From: Kiritimatiellia bacterium
GTDB taxonomy: Bacteria; Verrucomicrobiota; Kiritimatiellia; RFP12; DVOR01
DNA length: 64,000 nt
Assembly: GCA_031553315.1 (NCBI GenBank)
Contig: JAVBLT010000001.1
Span: 4,139 to 68,138 of the forward strand
Direction: 5' to 3'
Part shown: positions 39,421-50,291 of the stretch, one piece after another
How the letters are laid out: every line of letters starts with the position of its first letter
How positions within the stretch are numbered: the first letter of the stretch is position 1
Program-made: the position numbers and the translations under genes
The notes under the pieces: generated by a model
Seen by the model: the letters and a program-made list of their open reading frames with translations, nothing else
Databases searched by the model: none
Told to the model about the DNA's origin: nothing

Positions 39421-41256
39421 TCAATCGATTTTGGGCATGGGCGATTCGTAGAGGTGGAAATCTTTGTTGGGGTCGAGGAGCTCGGGGAATTCGTTGTCGG
39501 CGATGACGACGTTGACGGCGCGGTCGAGCTTGAAGATGAATGTGTTGGGGTGCCAGGGCTTGTAATCTTCGGTTTTCACGATCTCGTTGCCGCGGAAGGT
39601 GAGGCCGTCGATCGATTTGGCGTAGAGGATGGGGCGGTCGAAGGTTTCGAAGAGGTTGTTTTCGATGACGACGCCGCTGTGGAAGTATTTCTTCTGGTTC
39701 AGGAGGTCGGGAATCTCGGGGTAGATGGAGATGACGGCTTCGGTGAACTGGTAGGCGGAGGTGAGGCCGTTGAGGAAGCGGTTGTTGCGGATGGTGACGT
39801 CGCGGCAGGCGCCGGTTTCGTACCAGCCGTTGCAGTCGCCGCAGAGGAGGATGGCGGTGCCGGAGGTGTGGTCGAAGAAGTTTTCTTCAATGACGACGGG
39901 TTTGGGGGTGCTGAAGAGGGCGCCGCGGGCGCGGTTGTTGCGGACGGTGTTTTTGCGGAAGACCACGGAAGGAGTCCAGGTCAGGTTTTCGATGCCGATG
40001 GAGGCTTCGGGGGTGATGCCGGCGGCGAGGGGCTTTTCGAAGGTGATTTCGAATTCGCGGCAGCCCTGGTTGATGGGTTTGTCGAGGGATTTGATGGATT
40101 TGACGGTGTTGGGTTCGCCGGTGATTTCCATGGTCTTGGAGGCGATGAACTGGACCTGGTCGCCGGGGTCGCCCCATTTGAAGCCCCAGGCCTGGCCGTG
40201 CATGTAGCGGGCGCGGAGGGTGTTGTCGCCGGTGCGGGCGAGCACTTTGAGATAGGTGCCGTGGACGTTGATCGCGTCGTCCATCATGCCTTCGTAGAGG
40301 CCGTTTTCGGAGAGGATGAGGCCTTTGCAGCCGGAGAAGTGGGTGGCGTCGGCCTGGGTGGTGAAGGCGCGGGGGTCGTCTTTGCCGCGGAGGGAGACGT
40401 TGAAGCGGTCGAGGTGGATGTTGTCGCAGAGCTGGGCCACGAGGGCCATGCCGTCGGCGTAATGGATGGTGACGTCGCGCAGGGTGGTGTCGGTGCATTC
40501 GGCGAGGAAGATGCCGGGGCAGGGGCGCTCCCAGGAGCGGGCGGCGAACATCATGCCGGGGGCGTAGCGGGCGGCGTTGTTGACTTTGGAGGCTTTGAAG
40601 AGGTTGTCGCCGATGGGTTCCACGTGTTTGAGGTTGAGGCCGAAATCGGCGGTTTGCTGAACCACGCGCTTGGTGCCCGCTTCGAAGAGGATGCCCATGC
40701 CGGGCTGGTTTTTCCAACCGTCGCGACCGGGTGTGAAGCGGCCGTTTTCGAGGGTGTACCGCACGCCGGGGAGGAGGGAGAAGGTGAGGGATTTTTCGGC
40801 GGGGTCGACGCTTTGGATGTTGATCTGGGTGATTTGGGGCTGTTCGAAATCGAAGGAGAAGTTTTTGAGGGTGAGGTTGGCGCAGTTGAGGGCGCCGATT
40901 TCCATCATGCGGCCGTGGATGATGAAGTCGGAGCCGCCGCCGTCGAGGGTGAAGTCTTTGAGGCCTTCGAGGGCGAAGGCCACGCGGCGGGGGTTGACCT
41001 GGTCGTGGTTGGAGGTGTACCACTCGCGGGAGGCGGCGTTTTCCTGGCGGAAGTGGTAAGTGCCTTTGGGAAAGAAGAGGGTCACGCCGCCTTCGGGGGG
41101 ATTGGCTTTGATGCCGGCGAGGAGTTTTTCCACGAGCGGGGAGGCGTCGCACGCCGGGGTGGGAAGGATGCCGTGATCGGCCACGTTGATGCGGGTCGCG
41201 GCGGCGAGGGGGAGGGTGAAGAGGGCGGCGAGGGCGAAGACAATCGGTTGTTTCAT
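39421..41256 (-). CDS. secreted right-handed parallel beta-helix protein, putative glycoside hydrolase (GH110/pectate-lyase-fold-like)
   Basis: 612 aa from ATG 41256 (AGGAG RBS) with signal peptide MKQPIVFALAALFTLPLAAA; repeated NN/GxxxxN beta-helix rungs; family assignment tentative. Confidence 0.55.
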   Translation of the reverse strand: MKQPIVFALAALFTLPLAAATRINVADHGILPTPACDASPLVEKLLAGIKANPPEGGVTLFFPKGTYHFRQENAASREWYTSNHDQVNPRRVAFALEGLKDFTLDGGGSDFIIHGRMMEIGALNCANLTLKNFSFDFEQPQITQINIQSVDPAEKSLTFSLLPGVRYTLENGRFTPGRDGWKNQPGMGILFEAGTKRVVQQTADFGLNLKHVEPIGDNLFKASKVNNAARYAPGMMFAARSWERPCPGIFLAECTDTTLRDVTIHYADGMALVAQLCDNIHLDRFNVSLRGKDDPRAFTTQADATHFSGCKGLILSENGLYEGMMDDAINVHGTYLKVLARTGDNTLRARYMHGQAWGFKWGDPGDQVQFIASKTMEITGEPNTVKSIKSLDKPINQGCREFEITFEKPLAAGITPEASIGIENLTWTPSVVFRKNTVRNNRARGALFSTPKPVVIEENFFDHTSGTAILLCGDCNGWYETGACRDVTIRNNRFLNGLTSAYQFTEAVISIYPEIPDLLNQKKYFHSGVVIENNLFETFDRPILYAKSIDGLTFRGNEIVKTEDYKPWHPNTFIFKLDRAVNVVIADNEFPELLDPNKDFHLYESPMPKID

Positions 41257-41444
41257 GGCGAGGCTCCTGAAAAAGGTGTGCGGTATGCGGTTTTTGCGTC
41301 GACGGGCGTCATCATACAAGGCTCTTCCGATGAAAACAATCCTTTCAATCTGAAAAAGCATTTCCCCTGCGTTGCGCAGCACGCAGCTTTTTTGCCTTGT
41401 AACCGGTTTTGTTTTCAGGTACTGTTTATGTAGAGGAGAAAAAC

Positions 41445-43583
41445 ATGAGAACGATCGGATTTCTGCTGTGCACATGGGCGATTCTGGCCGCGGGCGCGCT
41501 TCGCGCGGAGAAGCTGCGCATCCCGGAAGGCGAGGCGGTGAAGACGGATGCGGCGTATCTCGCCGAAAAGGCCGTTCCCTTTTACACCCGCCACCTGGTC
41601 GATTCCTTCGACCCCGCCGCGATTGCCGCGAAGGAACGCATCCCCGATATCGTGGCCGTTCGCAACGCGCTGGCGTTGCGCTATGCTGCGGGGAACCGGG
41701 CGTATTGCGGGCCGGCGATGCGTGAAAAGGCTCAGGCTCTGGTGAAAGGCGGCTGCAAAGACGCAGGCGTGGCGCTGATGCAGGCGGAGCGCGATTCCGT
41801 GGCGGCGAATGACCGCCTCAAAAGCATTGACGCGGCGTTGGCGGAGCTTCAAAAGGCGGAAAAGCCCGATGCGGTGCTGATGGCGATGCTGAGGATGAGT
41901 GCTTTTGTGCTGAAGGCCGATGATGCGCGCGAGAAGGCGTTTTGCGAGAGCCTGGCATCGGCTTTTGCGTGTTCCGACGGATTCGCACAGGCCGACCCGC
42001 GCATTGCGCTGCGCCTGCTCAAGCCGGTCAAACGCAACAAAAAACACCCTGCCGGCATTTTTACCATTCAGATGCCCGACCCGTGGATTCAAATGATTTT
42101 GCGCGGCAATGATCTTGGAACAGAAGCATTTGATGCGCGCGGGCGCGGTCTTGCCTATACCGTGACGGATGAAGGCTGGAAAGGATTCGCCGAAAAAAAC
42201 ACAACCGCTTACCGCCTCCTTGAAGCGGCTCACAGCCTCCATCCCCAATGGCCCGACGCCGCCGCCGAACTGGCCGATTTGGCGCATCACGCCAAGGGAA
42301 AACCCGCGCTCTACTGGTTGAACAAAACCCTCGCCGCTTCGTTCGACGTACCCGAAGCCGTGAAGCGCCACGCTCATTTTTCCACCAGCCGCTGGTGCGG
42401 CTCCACCGAGGGAATCGTTGCGCTCGCCAAAGCGTGCATGCGTACGAAACGGTATGATTCACTGTTGCCGTTTGCCGGAATGCGCATTGTCTTCGAAACG
42501 ATTCCCGCCTATGAAATGGGCCTCCCTGAAGCGGCTGAAGCCTGGTTGCGCCAAGATCGCGAACTTTTCGATCTGATCTATGCCACGGCAGAAGGCTATC
42601 TGGACGAGCCTGAGCACCCGCAGACGGGGCCGCGCGATTTTTACGCCCGTGCCGGCATCGTGGCGGCGCTTTTCGACGGCGACTGGGCAAAAGCCCGCTC
42701 TTTCGCCGATCGGCTCACAACTAAAAAACAAATTTTTCAGGATTGGCCCTTCTTCCGCTCCATGTCTCCTTTGCGCATGAGCCATTGTTACTTTCCCGCC
42801 ACACAGGCCTTGATCAACGGGCGGTTCCCTGCCGACATCGCCCGCGCCGAATCCCTCGCCGCTTCCGGAAAAACGGATGAGGCTCTCGCGTTGTTCAAAG
42901 AAATCCGCACCCGGAAAAATGCAACGGAGGCCGACTGCAACTATTGCGATGCGCGCTTTTTCACCCTCCGCGCCCGTGCGGGCATGAAAAGCGGCGAATG
43001 GTTCAGCCTCATGCCCACGCCCTCGGGAATCGAAGGCATGAGTTTCTGGACGCGTTGCAAGGTGGAAAACGGCATCGTGCGCGGCCGCAACAACACCCAA
43101 TCCGTGCAATGCAGCGCAACCCCGCTGCCCGATGACTGCCTCGAATTCGCCGGAACCATCCATTTCCTCCCCAACGAAAAACAGAAGAAATGGGAAGCCG
43201 GCTGGACCTTCAATCACATCTACGATTGCGCCACCTACATCCCCGAATTCCAATTTGTAAGGGAAAACGGTCGCGACACCCTTCATGTGAAGAAACGGAC
43301 GAAACCCTACAAAACCATCGCGCTCGAAGGCACCCCGGCCACCCGCGATTTCCGCGCAGTGATTAAAAACGGGCGCTTTGTGTTTGAGGTCGATGGTAAA
43401 ACGGTCGTGGACGACGCACAGGAGGAAATGACCGACCCCGACATCTGCATCTACCTGGGCGGCAACTGCTGCCTGCCCGTGATTCACATGAACGTGAATA
43501 CCGGCATCGGCGAGTACCGCTGCCGCACGCTCCCCGGCTGGGATCGCGGCCGGCCGTGGAGCAGCCCCGCTTTCCATGATTGA
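41445..43583 (+). CDS. hypothetical secreted protein (712 aa)
   Basis: RBS AGAGGAG; signal peptide MRTIGFLLCTWAILAAGALRA; no recognised motif. Confidence 0.5.
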   Translation: MRTIGFLLCTWAILAAGALRAEKLRIPEGEAVKTDAAYLAEKAVPFYTRHLVDSFDPAAIAAKERIPDIVAVRNALALRYAAGNRAYCGPAMREKAQALVKGGCKDAGVALMQAERDSVAANDRLKSIDAALAELQKAEKPDAVLMAMLRMSAFVLKADDAREKAFCESLASAFACSDGFAQADPRIALRLLKPVKRNKKHPAGIFTIQMPDPWIQMILRGNDLGTEAFDARGRGLAYTVTDEGWKGFAEKNTTAYRLLEAAHSLHPQWPDAAAELADLAHHAKGKPALYWLNKTLAASFDVPEAVKRHAHFSTSRWCGSTEGIVALAKACMRTKRYDSLLPFAGMRIVFETIPAYEMGLPEAAEAWLRQDRELFDLIYATAEGYLDEPEHPQTGPRDFYARAGIVAALFDGDWAKARSFADRLTTKKQIFQDWPFFRSMSPLRMSHCYFPATQALINGRFPADIARAESLAASGKTDEALALFKEIRTRKNATEADCNYCDARFFTLRARAGMKSGEWFSLMPTPSGIEGMSFWTRCKVENGIVRGRNNTQSVQCSATPLPDDCLEFAGTIHFLPNEKQKKWEAGWTFNHIYDCATYIPEFQFVRENGRDTLHVKKRTKPYKTIALEGTPATRDFRAVIKNGRFVFEVDGKTVVDDAQEEMTDPDICIYLGGNCCLPVIHMNVNTGIGEYRCRTLPGWDRGRPWSSPAFHD

Positions 43584-43608
43584 AAAGAAACGGCGAATCT
43601 GGTATAGT
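43580..43608 (+). promoter_or_regulatory. sigma70-like promoter (TTGAAA-17 nt-TATAGT) upstream of the HIT gene
   Basis: near-consensus hexamers 33 nt before ATG 43641. Confidence 0.45.
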
Positions 43609-43640
43609 CCGGCCGTGCTTTTCACAAAGAGGAAGTCATT

Positions 43641-44048
43641 ATGAGCGATTCATGTGTTTTTTGCCGGATTTTCAAAGGGGAAATCCCTTCGCGCCGTATC
43701 TTTGAAGACGACCACGCCTACGCGTTTCTCGATATTGAGCCCGCCGAAGAAGGCCATACCCTCGTGATCCCCAAATTCCATGCCGCCACCCTCTTCGAGC
43801 TCCCCCCCGAAGAGCTCGCCGGCATGATGCCCGCCGTTCACCGCGTGGCCATGATGCTCCGCCACCGCCTCGCCTGCCACGGCATGAACCTCCTGCAATC
43901 CAACGGCGCCTGCGCCCTCCAGACCGTGGGCCACGTGCATTTCCACCTCATTCCCCGCTGGGAGAACCGGGCCGTGACCTGGCACGCCAACCGCGAAGCC
44001 GCCGCTCCCGAACAGCTCGATGCGCTTCACAAAAAAATCATTGGCTAA
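43641..44048 (+). CDS. HIT-family nucleotide hydrolase (HinT-like)
   Basis: 135 aa; CVFCRIFKGEIPS..., histidine triad HVHFHLIPR. Confidence 0.85.
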   Translation: MSDSCVFCRIFKGEIPSRRIFEDDHAYAFLDIEPAEEGHTLVIPKFHAATLFELPPEELAGMMPAVHRVAMMLRHRLACHGMNLLQSNGACALQTVGHVHFHLIPRWENRAVTWHANREAAAPEQLDALHKKIIG

Positions 44049-44066
44049 GCCCCGGAAAATTTGAAC

Positions 44067-47000
44067 ATGGACAACGCACACATCGAGCAGCTGCCCGCTC
44101 CAGGCCAGCGCCTTCTCAAATGGGTTGGAGACGTTCTGGAAATCAACGTCAAGCGCCTGGGCGAAAAGCGCCCCGGCCGCATGGTCTTCCGCACCAACAT
44201 CGGCCAAGCCCCCGTCTACCGCCGCGAGCTCATCGCCGAAGTGGAGACCGACGCCCCCATCCTCGGGAAAGACTGGCACGACCTGCCCATGCTCGAAACC
44301 ATCCCCGGCCATTACCGCGTGCGCATTCCCCTGCTCCAGGTCGGCATTTTCTCCGGCAAGGCCTGCTTCCTCCCCGCCGGCTGCGACACCCCCGAATGGC
44401 CCTGCGGCGCGAACCTCACCGTTAAAGTGGCCCCCGCCCACACCGCCGCCGGCAACACCCTCTACGCCGCCTTCACCCGCCAGTTCTCGAAAACCTACAC
44501 CCTCCCCGCCTCACCCGGCGCCCACGCCGCCCTCGAAAAGCTCTTGGATCAACACGGCTACACCGTGATCCCCCCCTCGGGCACCTTCCGCGCCCTCATC
44601 CGCGAGCTGGATCACATCCTCGGCGCCCTCGGTTTCCGCACGCTCCTGCTCCTGCCCATCCACCCCACGCCGACCACCTACGCCCGCATGGGCCGCTTCG
44701 GCTCCCCCTTCGCGGGGCTCGACTTTCTCTCCATCGACCCCGCCCTGGCCGAGTTCGACCCCGCCGCCACCCCGCTCGACCAGTTCAAAGAACTCCTCAA
44801 CGCCGTCCATGCCCGCCAGAGCGCCCTCTTCATGGATCTGCCCGCCAACCACACCGGCTGGGCCGCCACCTTTCAGACCCACCACCCCGAATGGTACAAA
44901 CGCAACCCCGACGGCTCCTTCCATTCCCCCGGCGCCTGGGGCGTGGTCTGGGAAGACCTCGTGGAGCTCGATTACAGCCACGACGCCCTCCGCCGCGCCA
45001 TGGCCGACGTGTTTCTCTACTGGTGCCGGCAGGGGGTCGACGGTTTCCGCTGCGACGCCGGCTACATGATCCCCGCCGCCGCCTGGTCCTACATCGTCGC
45101 CCGCGTCCGCGAAGAATTCCCCAACACCATCTTCCTCCTCGAAGGCCTCGGCGGCCCCATGCAGACCACCGACGACCTCCTCAGCCATTCCCACCTCGAC
45201 TGGGCCTACTCCGAGCTCTTCCAGACCTACGACCGCTCCGCCTGCGAACAGATGCTCCCCCACGCCATCGCCCTTTCCCAGGCCTGCGGCCCCCTCGTCC
45301 ACTTCGCCGAAACCCACGACAACAACCGCCTCGCCGCCCAAGGCCCCCTCTACGCCCGCCTGCGCACAGCCCTCTCCGCCCTCCTCTCCCAGCAAGGCGC
45401 ATTCGGCATCACCGCCGGCGTGGAATGGCTCGCCACCGAGAAGATCGACGTCCACCGCGCATCCGCCCTCAACTGGGGCGCGACCCCCAACCTCGTGGCC
45501 TGGATCCGCCGCCTCAACCTCATCCTCGCCCAGCACCCCGCCTTCGGCCCCCACACCACCCTGGGCATGATCCAGCAAGGCGGAGGCAACGTCCTCGCCG
45601 TTCGCCGCGCCTACGGGCAAGGCTGCGCCAAAGCGCTTCTCATCCTCATCAACTTCGAGCTCGGCCACCCCCAGACCGTCAGCTTCTCCGACCCCCTCTT
45701 CACCGAAACCACCCTCCACGACCTCATCACCGGCCGCGCCGTCGCCATCCACCCGGGCGGCCTCGTATCGCTCCAGCCCGGCGAAGCGCTCTGCCTCACC
45801 GCCGACCCCGGCGAGGTCGCCGCCATTGAAGCCGCCGCCCACCGCACCCAAGGCTGTTACCCCGTGCAGGGGCTCATCGAGCGCGCCCGCCGCGTGATGG
45901 CCATGCGCACCAAAGAAGCCCTCGGCGAAACCTACGACACCGACCCCGAAGCCCTCAAAAACCTCGGCCACGAACTCTTCAGCAACCCCGCCCGATTCTG
46001 CTCCGACCGCCACGGCATCCCCCGCGCCATCCGCTTCAGCCTCCCCGAAGACCTGACCCGCCAAGTCATGGTCCCCCCCGGCTTCCTCCTCTGGGTCGCC
46101 TCACCCGCCGAATTCCGAGCCCAAGTCGCCCGGCCCGACGGCACCGTCTACCACACCACCGCCTCCATACCCTTTGAAGACGGCACCCACGGCGCCATCT
46201 TCAGCGTACACGACGGCCACACCCGCACCCCCCACACCGCCCTCATCACCTTCGGCATCTACGCCCGCGAAAAAGCGTACCGCGCCCAGGCCCAAATCAT
46301 CGCCCTCCCCGAGCCCGGCCTTCAGAAAACCGTCATCCGCCAATTCCCCGGCCACCAGATCCGCAAAGACGAAACCCTCCTCACCCTCCTGACCAACGGC
46401 ACCGGCGCCATGAGCCAGATCCGCCTCGCCTGGAGCGCCATCCGCAGCCAATACGATTGCCTCCTCGCCCTCAACAGCCACCCCGGCGTGCCCGCAGACC
46501 GCACCGTTTTCCTCACCCGCTGCCGCGCCTGGCTCCGCTACAACGGCTACTCCGCCCCCATCGACGCCTCCTGCCTTGAACACTTCACCGCCGACGCCGC
46601 CGGCGAAGCCGCCGAATGGCTCTTCGCCGTACCCTCCGGCATGGGCCGCAAAGTGCAGATCCGCCTCCGCCTCGCCCTCCAGCCCGGCGCCAACCGCCTC
46701 GCCATGGCCATCACCCGCGAAGACAGCCCCAACACCCCCGCCGACGCCGTCACCCTCATCCTCAGGCCCGACATCGAATGGCGCAACTTCCACACCAAAA
46801 CCAAAGCCTTCGCCGGCCCCGAAAAAGACTTCCCCCATTGGTCCCGCCACACCGATACCGGCTTCCACTTCACACCGCCGGGCGCCCAACCCCTCGAAAT
46901 CAGCCTCAGCCAAGGCCAATGGCACCCCCAGCCCGAATGGATCTACATGGTGCCCAACCCCGACGAAACCGCCCGCGGGCAAGACGGCTCCACCGACCTC

Positions 47001-48317
47001 CACAGCCCCGGCTGGTTCGAGCTCCCCCTGCAAAACGGCCAGACCGCCCGCCTCACCGCCGGCGAACAAAACGCCCCCCAAGCCCCCATCCCAGGCCTCC
47101 ACAAAACCCTCGACCCCGAACCGCTCACCCTGCGAGAAGCCATGCACCAGGCCATCCGCGCCTACGTCGTCCGGCGCGACACCCATAAAACCGTCATCGC
47201 CGGCTACCCCTGGTTCCTCGACTGGGGCCGCGACACCCTCATCGTCCTGCGCGGCCTCATCGCCGACGGCCAGATCGACACCGCCTACGACATCATCTAC
47301 GAATTCGGCCGCTTTGAAAAACACGGCACCCTCCCCAACATGATCCGCGGCGAAGACGACGCCAACCGCGAAACCGTCGACGCCCCCCTCTGGTTCGGCG
47401 TCTGCGCCGGCGACCTCATCGCCCACAGCGGCCCCCAAAAAGCCCTCGCCTTCCGTTGCGGCCAGCGCACCCTGCGCGAAATCCTCCTCTCCATCGCCGA
47501 AAACTACATCAAAGGCACCCCCAACGGCATCCGCGTAGACCCCGAAAGCGGCCTCGTCTTCAGCCCCTCCCATTACACCTGGATGGACACCAACTACCCC
47601 GCCGGCACCCCCCGCGAAGGCTACCCCGTTGAAATCCAGGCCCTCTGGGCCCGCCTGCTCGACATCCTCGCCCAGCACATCGACCCCCGCTGGAAAGACC
47701 TCGCCGCCCAAGTCCGCACCTCATTCGCCCGCCTCTTCGCCCTCCCCGGCGCCGGCGGCCTCGCCGACTGCCTCCGCGCCACCCCCGGCACCCCCGCCGC
47801 CCTCGCCGCCCAGGACGACGCGATCCGCCCCAACCAGCTCTACGCCGTCACCCTCGGCCTCCTCGACCAGAACCGCCCCCTCGCCCGCGCCGTCATCCAA
47901 ACCTGCGAACAGCTCCTCACCCCCGGCTCCATCCGCACCCTCGCCAACCGCCCCGTCAAACTCCCCCTTGAAATCCTGCGCAACGGCCACCTCCTCGGCG
48001 ACCCCCGCCACCCTTACCGCGGCCGCTACGAAGGCGACGAAGACACCCTCCGCAAACCCGCCTACCACAACGGCACCGGCTGGACCTTCCCCTTCCCCCT
48101 CTACGCCGAAGCCCTCCACCGCGCCTACGGCCCCCACGCCCGCGCCACCGCCCTCGCCTGGCTCGGTTCCGCCACAGACCTCGTCAACAAAGACTGCGTA
48201 ACCCAGCTCCCCGAATGCACCCAGGGCGACGCCCCCCACGAACCCTGCGGCACCCACGCCCAAGCCTGGGGCGTCAGCGAGCTCCTGCGCGTGCTCATCC
48301 TCCTCCAGCAGCCATGA
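44067..48317 (+). CDS. glycogen debranching enzyme, eukaryote-type (GH13 alpha-amylase catalytic domain plus amylo-alpha-1,6-glucosidase GDE_C domain)
   Basis: ~1416 aa; GH13 region (GFRCDAGYMIPAAAW; FLLEGLGG); C-terminal six-hairpin glucosidase region (GYPWFLDWGRDTLIVLRGL). Confidence 0.7.
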   Translation: MDNAHIEQLPAPGQRLLKWVGDVLEINVKRLGEKRPGRMVFRTNIGQAPVYRRELIAEVETDAPILGKDWHDLPMLETIPGHYRVRIPLLQVGIFSGKACFLPAGCDTPEWPCGANLTVKVAPAHTAAGNTLYAAFTRQFSKTYTLPASPGAHAALEKLLDQHGYTVIPPSGTFRALIRELDHILGALGFRTLLLLPIHPTPTTYARMGRFGSPFAGLDFLSIDPALAEFDPAATPLDQFKELLNAVHARQSALFMDLPANHTGWAATFQTHHPEWYKRNPDGSFHSPGAWGVVWEDLVELDYSHDALRRAMADVFLYWCRQGVDGFRCDAGYMIPAAAWSYIVARVREEFPNTIFLLEGLGGPMQTTDDLLSHSHLDWAYSELFQTYDRSACEQMLPHAIALSQACGPLVHFAETHDNNRLAAQGPLYARLRTALSALLSQQGAFGITAGVEWLATEKIDVHRASALNWGATPNLVAWIRRLNLILAQHPAFGPHTTLGMIQQGGGNVLAVRRAYGQGCAKALLILINFELGHPQTVSFSDPLFTETTLHDLITGRAVAIHPGGLVSLQPGEALCLTADPGEVAAIEAAAHRTQGCYPVQGLIERARRVMAMRTKEALGETYDTDPEALKNLGHELFSNPARFCSDRHGIPRAIRFSLPEDLTRQVMVPPGFLLWVASPAEFRAQVARPDGTVYHTTASIPFEDGTHGAIFSVHDGHTRTPHTALITFGIYAREKAYRAQAQIIALPEPGLQKTVIRQFPGHQIRKDETLLTLLTNGTGAMSQIRLAWSAIRSQYDCLLALNSHPGVPADRTVFLTRCRAWLRYNGYSAPIDASCLEHFTADAAGEAAEWLFAVPSGMGRKVQIRLRLALQPGANRLAMAITREDSPNTPADAVTLILRPDIEWRNFHTKTKAFAGPEKDFPHWSRHTDTGFHFTPPGAQPLEISLSQGQWHPQPEWIYMVPNPDETARGQDGSTDLHSPGWFELPLQNGQTARLTAGEQNAPQAPIPGLHKTLDPEPLTLREAMHQAIRAYVVRRDTHKTVIAGYPWFLDWGRDTLIVLRGLIADGQIDTAYDIIYEFGRFEKHGTLPNMIRGEDDANRETVDAPLWFGVCAGDLIAHSGPQKALAFRCGQRTLREILLSIAENYIKGTPNGIRVDPESGLVFSPSHYTWMDTNYPAGTPREGYPVEIQALWARLLDILAQHIDPRWKDLAAQVRTSFARLFALPGAGGLADCLRATPGTPAALAAQDDAIRPNQLYAVTLGLLDQNRPLARAVIQTCEQLLTPGSIRTLANRPVKLPLEILRNGHLLGDPRHPYRGRYEGDEDTLRKPAYHNGTGWTFPFPLYAEALHRAYGPHARATALAWLGSATDLVNKDCVTQLPECTQGDAPHEPCGTHAQAWGVSELLRVLILLQQP

Positions 48318-49198
48318 CCGACAGCGGCCCCCCCACCCTCACCCGCCTCCGCCAGCGCAGCGACCTCCTGCGCGCCGTGCGAAACTTCTTTTACGACCGC
48401 GCCTTCCTCGAAGTAGAGACCCCCGTCCGCATACCCGCCCCCCCCAACGAAGCCTTCCTCGAAGCCCCCCCCTCCGGCCCCCGCGCCTGGCTGCGCACCT
48501 CCCCCGAGCTCCACATGAAACGCCTCCTCGCCGCCGGCACAGGCCCCATCTTCCAGATCGGCCCCTGCTTCCGCCAAAACGAACGCGGCGCCCGCCACAA
48601 CCCCGAATTCACCATGCTCGAATGGTACCGCCCCAACGAAACCATCGAAAGCCTTTATGCCGACGTCGAGGCCCTCTGCCACACCCTCGGCCTCACACAC
48701 CCCGCCCCCTTCCCCCGCCACACCCTCGACACCCTCTACCGCCGCCACGCCCACTGGTCCCCCCTCGAAACCTGGGATGAAGACCGCTTCGACACCGACA
48801 TGGCCCTCCTCATCGAGCCCGCCCTCCCCCAGACCACCCCCTGCTTCCTCACCGGCTACCCCGCCCAAGCCGCCGCCCTCGCCCGCCTCAGCCCCACCGA
48901 TCCCCGCATCGCCGAACGCTTCGAATTTTACCTCAACGGCATTGAAATCGCCAACGCCTACGGCGAGCTCACCGACCCCGCCGCCCAGCGCGCCCGCTTT
49001 CAAGAAGCCGCCGCCCGCCGCGCCCGCCACACCCTCACCGTGTACCCGCTCGACGAACCCTTCCTCCAAGCCCTCCCCGCCATGCCCCCCTCCGCCGGCA
49101 TCGCCCTGGGCCTCGACCGCCTCGCCATGCACCTCAGCGGCGCAACAGCCATCGACCAGGTTCGCGGCTTCTGCCCCCCCATCGGCCACTGCTGGTAA
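48314..49198 (+). CDS. epmA: EF-P lysine ligase (lysyl-tRNA synthetase paralog GenX/PoxA)
   Basis: class II aaRS core without anticodon-binding domain: FLEVETPV, FQIGPCFRQNERGARHNPEFTMLEWY, GIALGLDRL; ATG overlaps the GDE stop. Confidence 0.7.
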   Translation: MTDSGPPTLTRLRQRSDLLRAVRNFFYDRAFLEVETPVRIPAPPNEAFLEAPPSGPRAWLRTSPELHMKRLLAAGTGPIFQIGPCFRQNERGARHNPEFTMLEWYRPNETIESLYADVEALCHTLGLTHPAPFPRHTLDTLYRRHAHWSPLETWDEDRFDTDMALLIEPALPQTTPCFLTGYPAQAAALARLSPTDPRIAERFEFYLNGIEIANAYGELTDPAAQRARFQEAAARRARHTLTVYPLDEPFLQALPAMPPSAGIALGLDRLAMHLSGATAIDQVRGFCPPIGHCW

Positions 49199-49263
49199 AA
49201 GAAGCGCCCTATGATTCCACCGATAAATGACAGCGCGAAATGATTGCCAATTGAAGCCGCATC

Positions 49264-50271
49264 GTGTATACTACACCGGATATCTTAGAGGAAGCTAAAG
49301 CGATGCAAACACTCGACACCTCCACGTTCACCCAGGCGCTTGAAAAGACCCGCCGCCCCTATCAGGCCGATTACTACGCCTTCTACTCCAGCCTCTGGGA
49401 TGCCGTGACCTTCGACCCCGCCCTCATGCTCATTCCGGTCGACGACCACGTGGCGCACCGCGGCGACGGAGTCTTCGAAACCTTCAAATGCGTCAACGGC
49501 GCCGCCTACCTGCTCGAAGCCCACCTCAGCCGCTTTCACCGCTCCGCCTCCGGCATCTGCATCAGCTTTCCCGGCGGCAAAGCCGCCATCCGCGAAAAAG
49601 TGATCGCCGTGATGAAAGCCGCCGGAAAAGCCGATTGCTCCGTGCGCCTGCTCCTCTCCCGCGGCCCCGGCAGCTTCGGGGCAGACCCCGCCTCCGCCAT
49701 CGGAGCCGTGCTCTACATCGCCGTCTACGCCCTGGGCAAGCCCTTCATGGTCAAACACCCCGAAGGCGCCCGCGCCTGCCGGAGCCGCATCCCCCAGAAA
49801 CACGCCGACTTCGCAACCATCAAAACCTGCAACTACCTCCCCAACGCCCTCATGAAAGAAGAAGCCCGCCTGCTGGATGTAGACTTCACCGTGGGCTTCG
49901 ACGACAACGGCTTTATGACCGAAGGCGCGGTCGAAAACGTCGGCATCGTCTCCAAAACCGGTCGCCTCACCTTCCCCCCGCTCGACACCATTCTCCCCGG
50001 CACCACCATGCTCAGAGCCGCCGACCTCGCCCGGAGCCTCGAGGAAAAAGGCCTCATCAGCGGCGTGACCTTCCAGCAGATCACCTATAAAGACATGCTC
50101 GAAGCCCGCGAAATCCTCATCGTCGGCACCACCCTCAACGCCGTCGCCGTCGTCCAATTCGAAGGCAGAACCGTCGGCACAGGCACCCCGGGCCCCGTTT
50201 GGGAAGCCCTCAACAGCCTCCTCGTTTGCGACATCGAAAGCAATCCCGCCCTCCGCACCCCCTTTATGTGA
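49264..50271 (+). CDS. class IV (fold type IV) aminotransferase, BCAT/aminodeoxychorismate-lyase-like; alternative start 49303
   Basis: 335 aa; fold type IV pattern with EAHLSRFHRSA and catalytic-lysine region. Confidence 0.65.
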   Translation: MYTTPDILEEAKAMQTLDTSTFTQALEKTRRPYQADYYAFYSSLWDAVTFDPALMLIPVDDHVAHRGDGVFETFKCVNGAAYLLEAHLSRFHRSASGICISFPGGKAAIREKVIAVMKAAGKADCSVRLLLSRGPGSFGADPASAIGAVLYIAVYALGKPFMVKHPEGARACRSRIPQKHADFATIKTCNYLPNALMKEEARLLDVDFTVGFDDNGFMTEGAVENVGIVSKTGRLTFPPLDTILPGTTMLRAADLARSLEEKGLISGVTFQQITYKDMLEAREILIVGTTLNAVAVVQFEGRTVGTGTPGPVWEALNSLLVCDIESNPALRTPFM

Positions 50272-50291
50272 TTGAAAGAAAAGGTTTCCCC

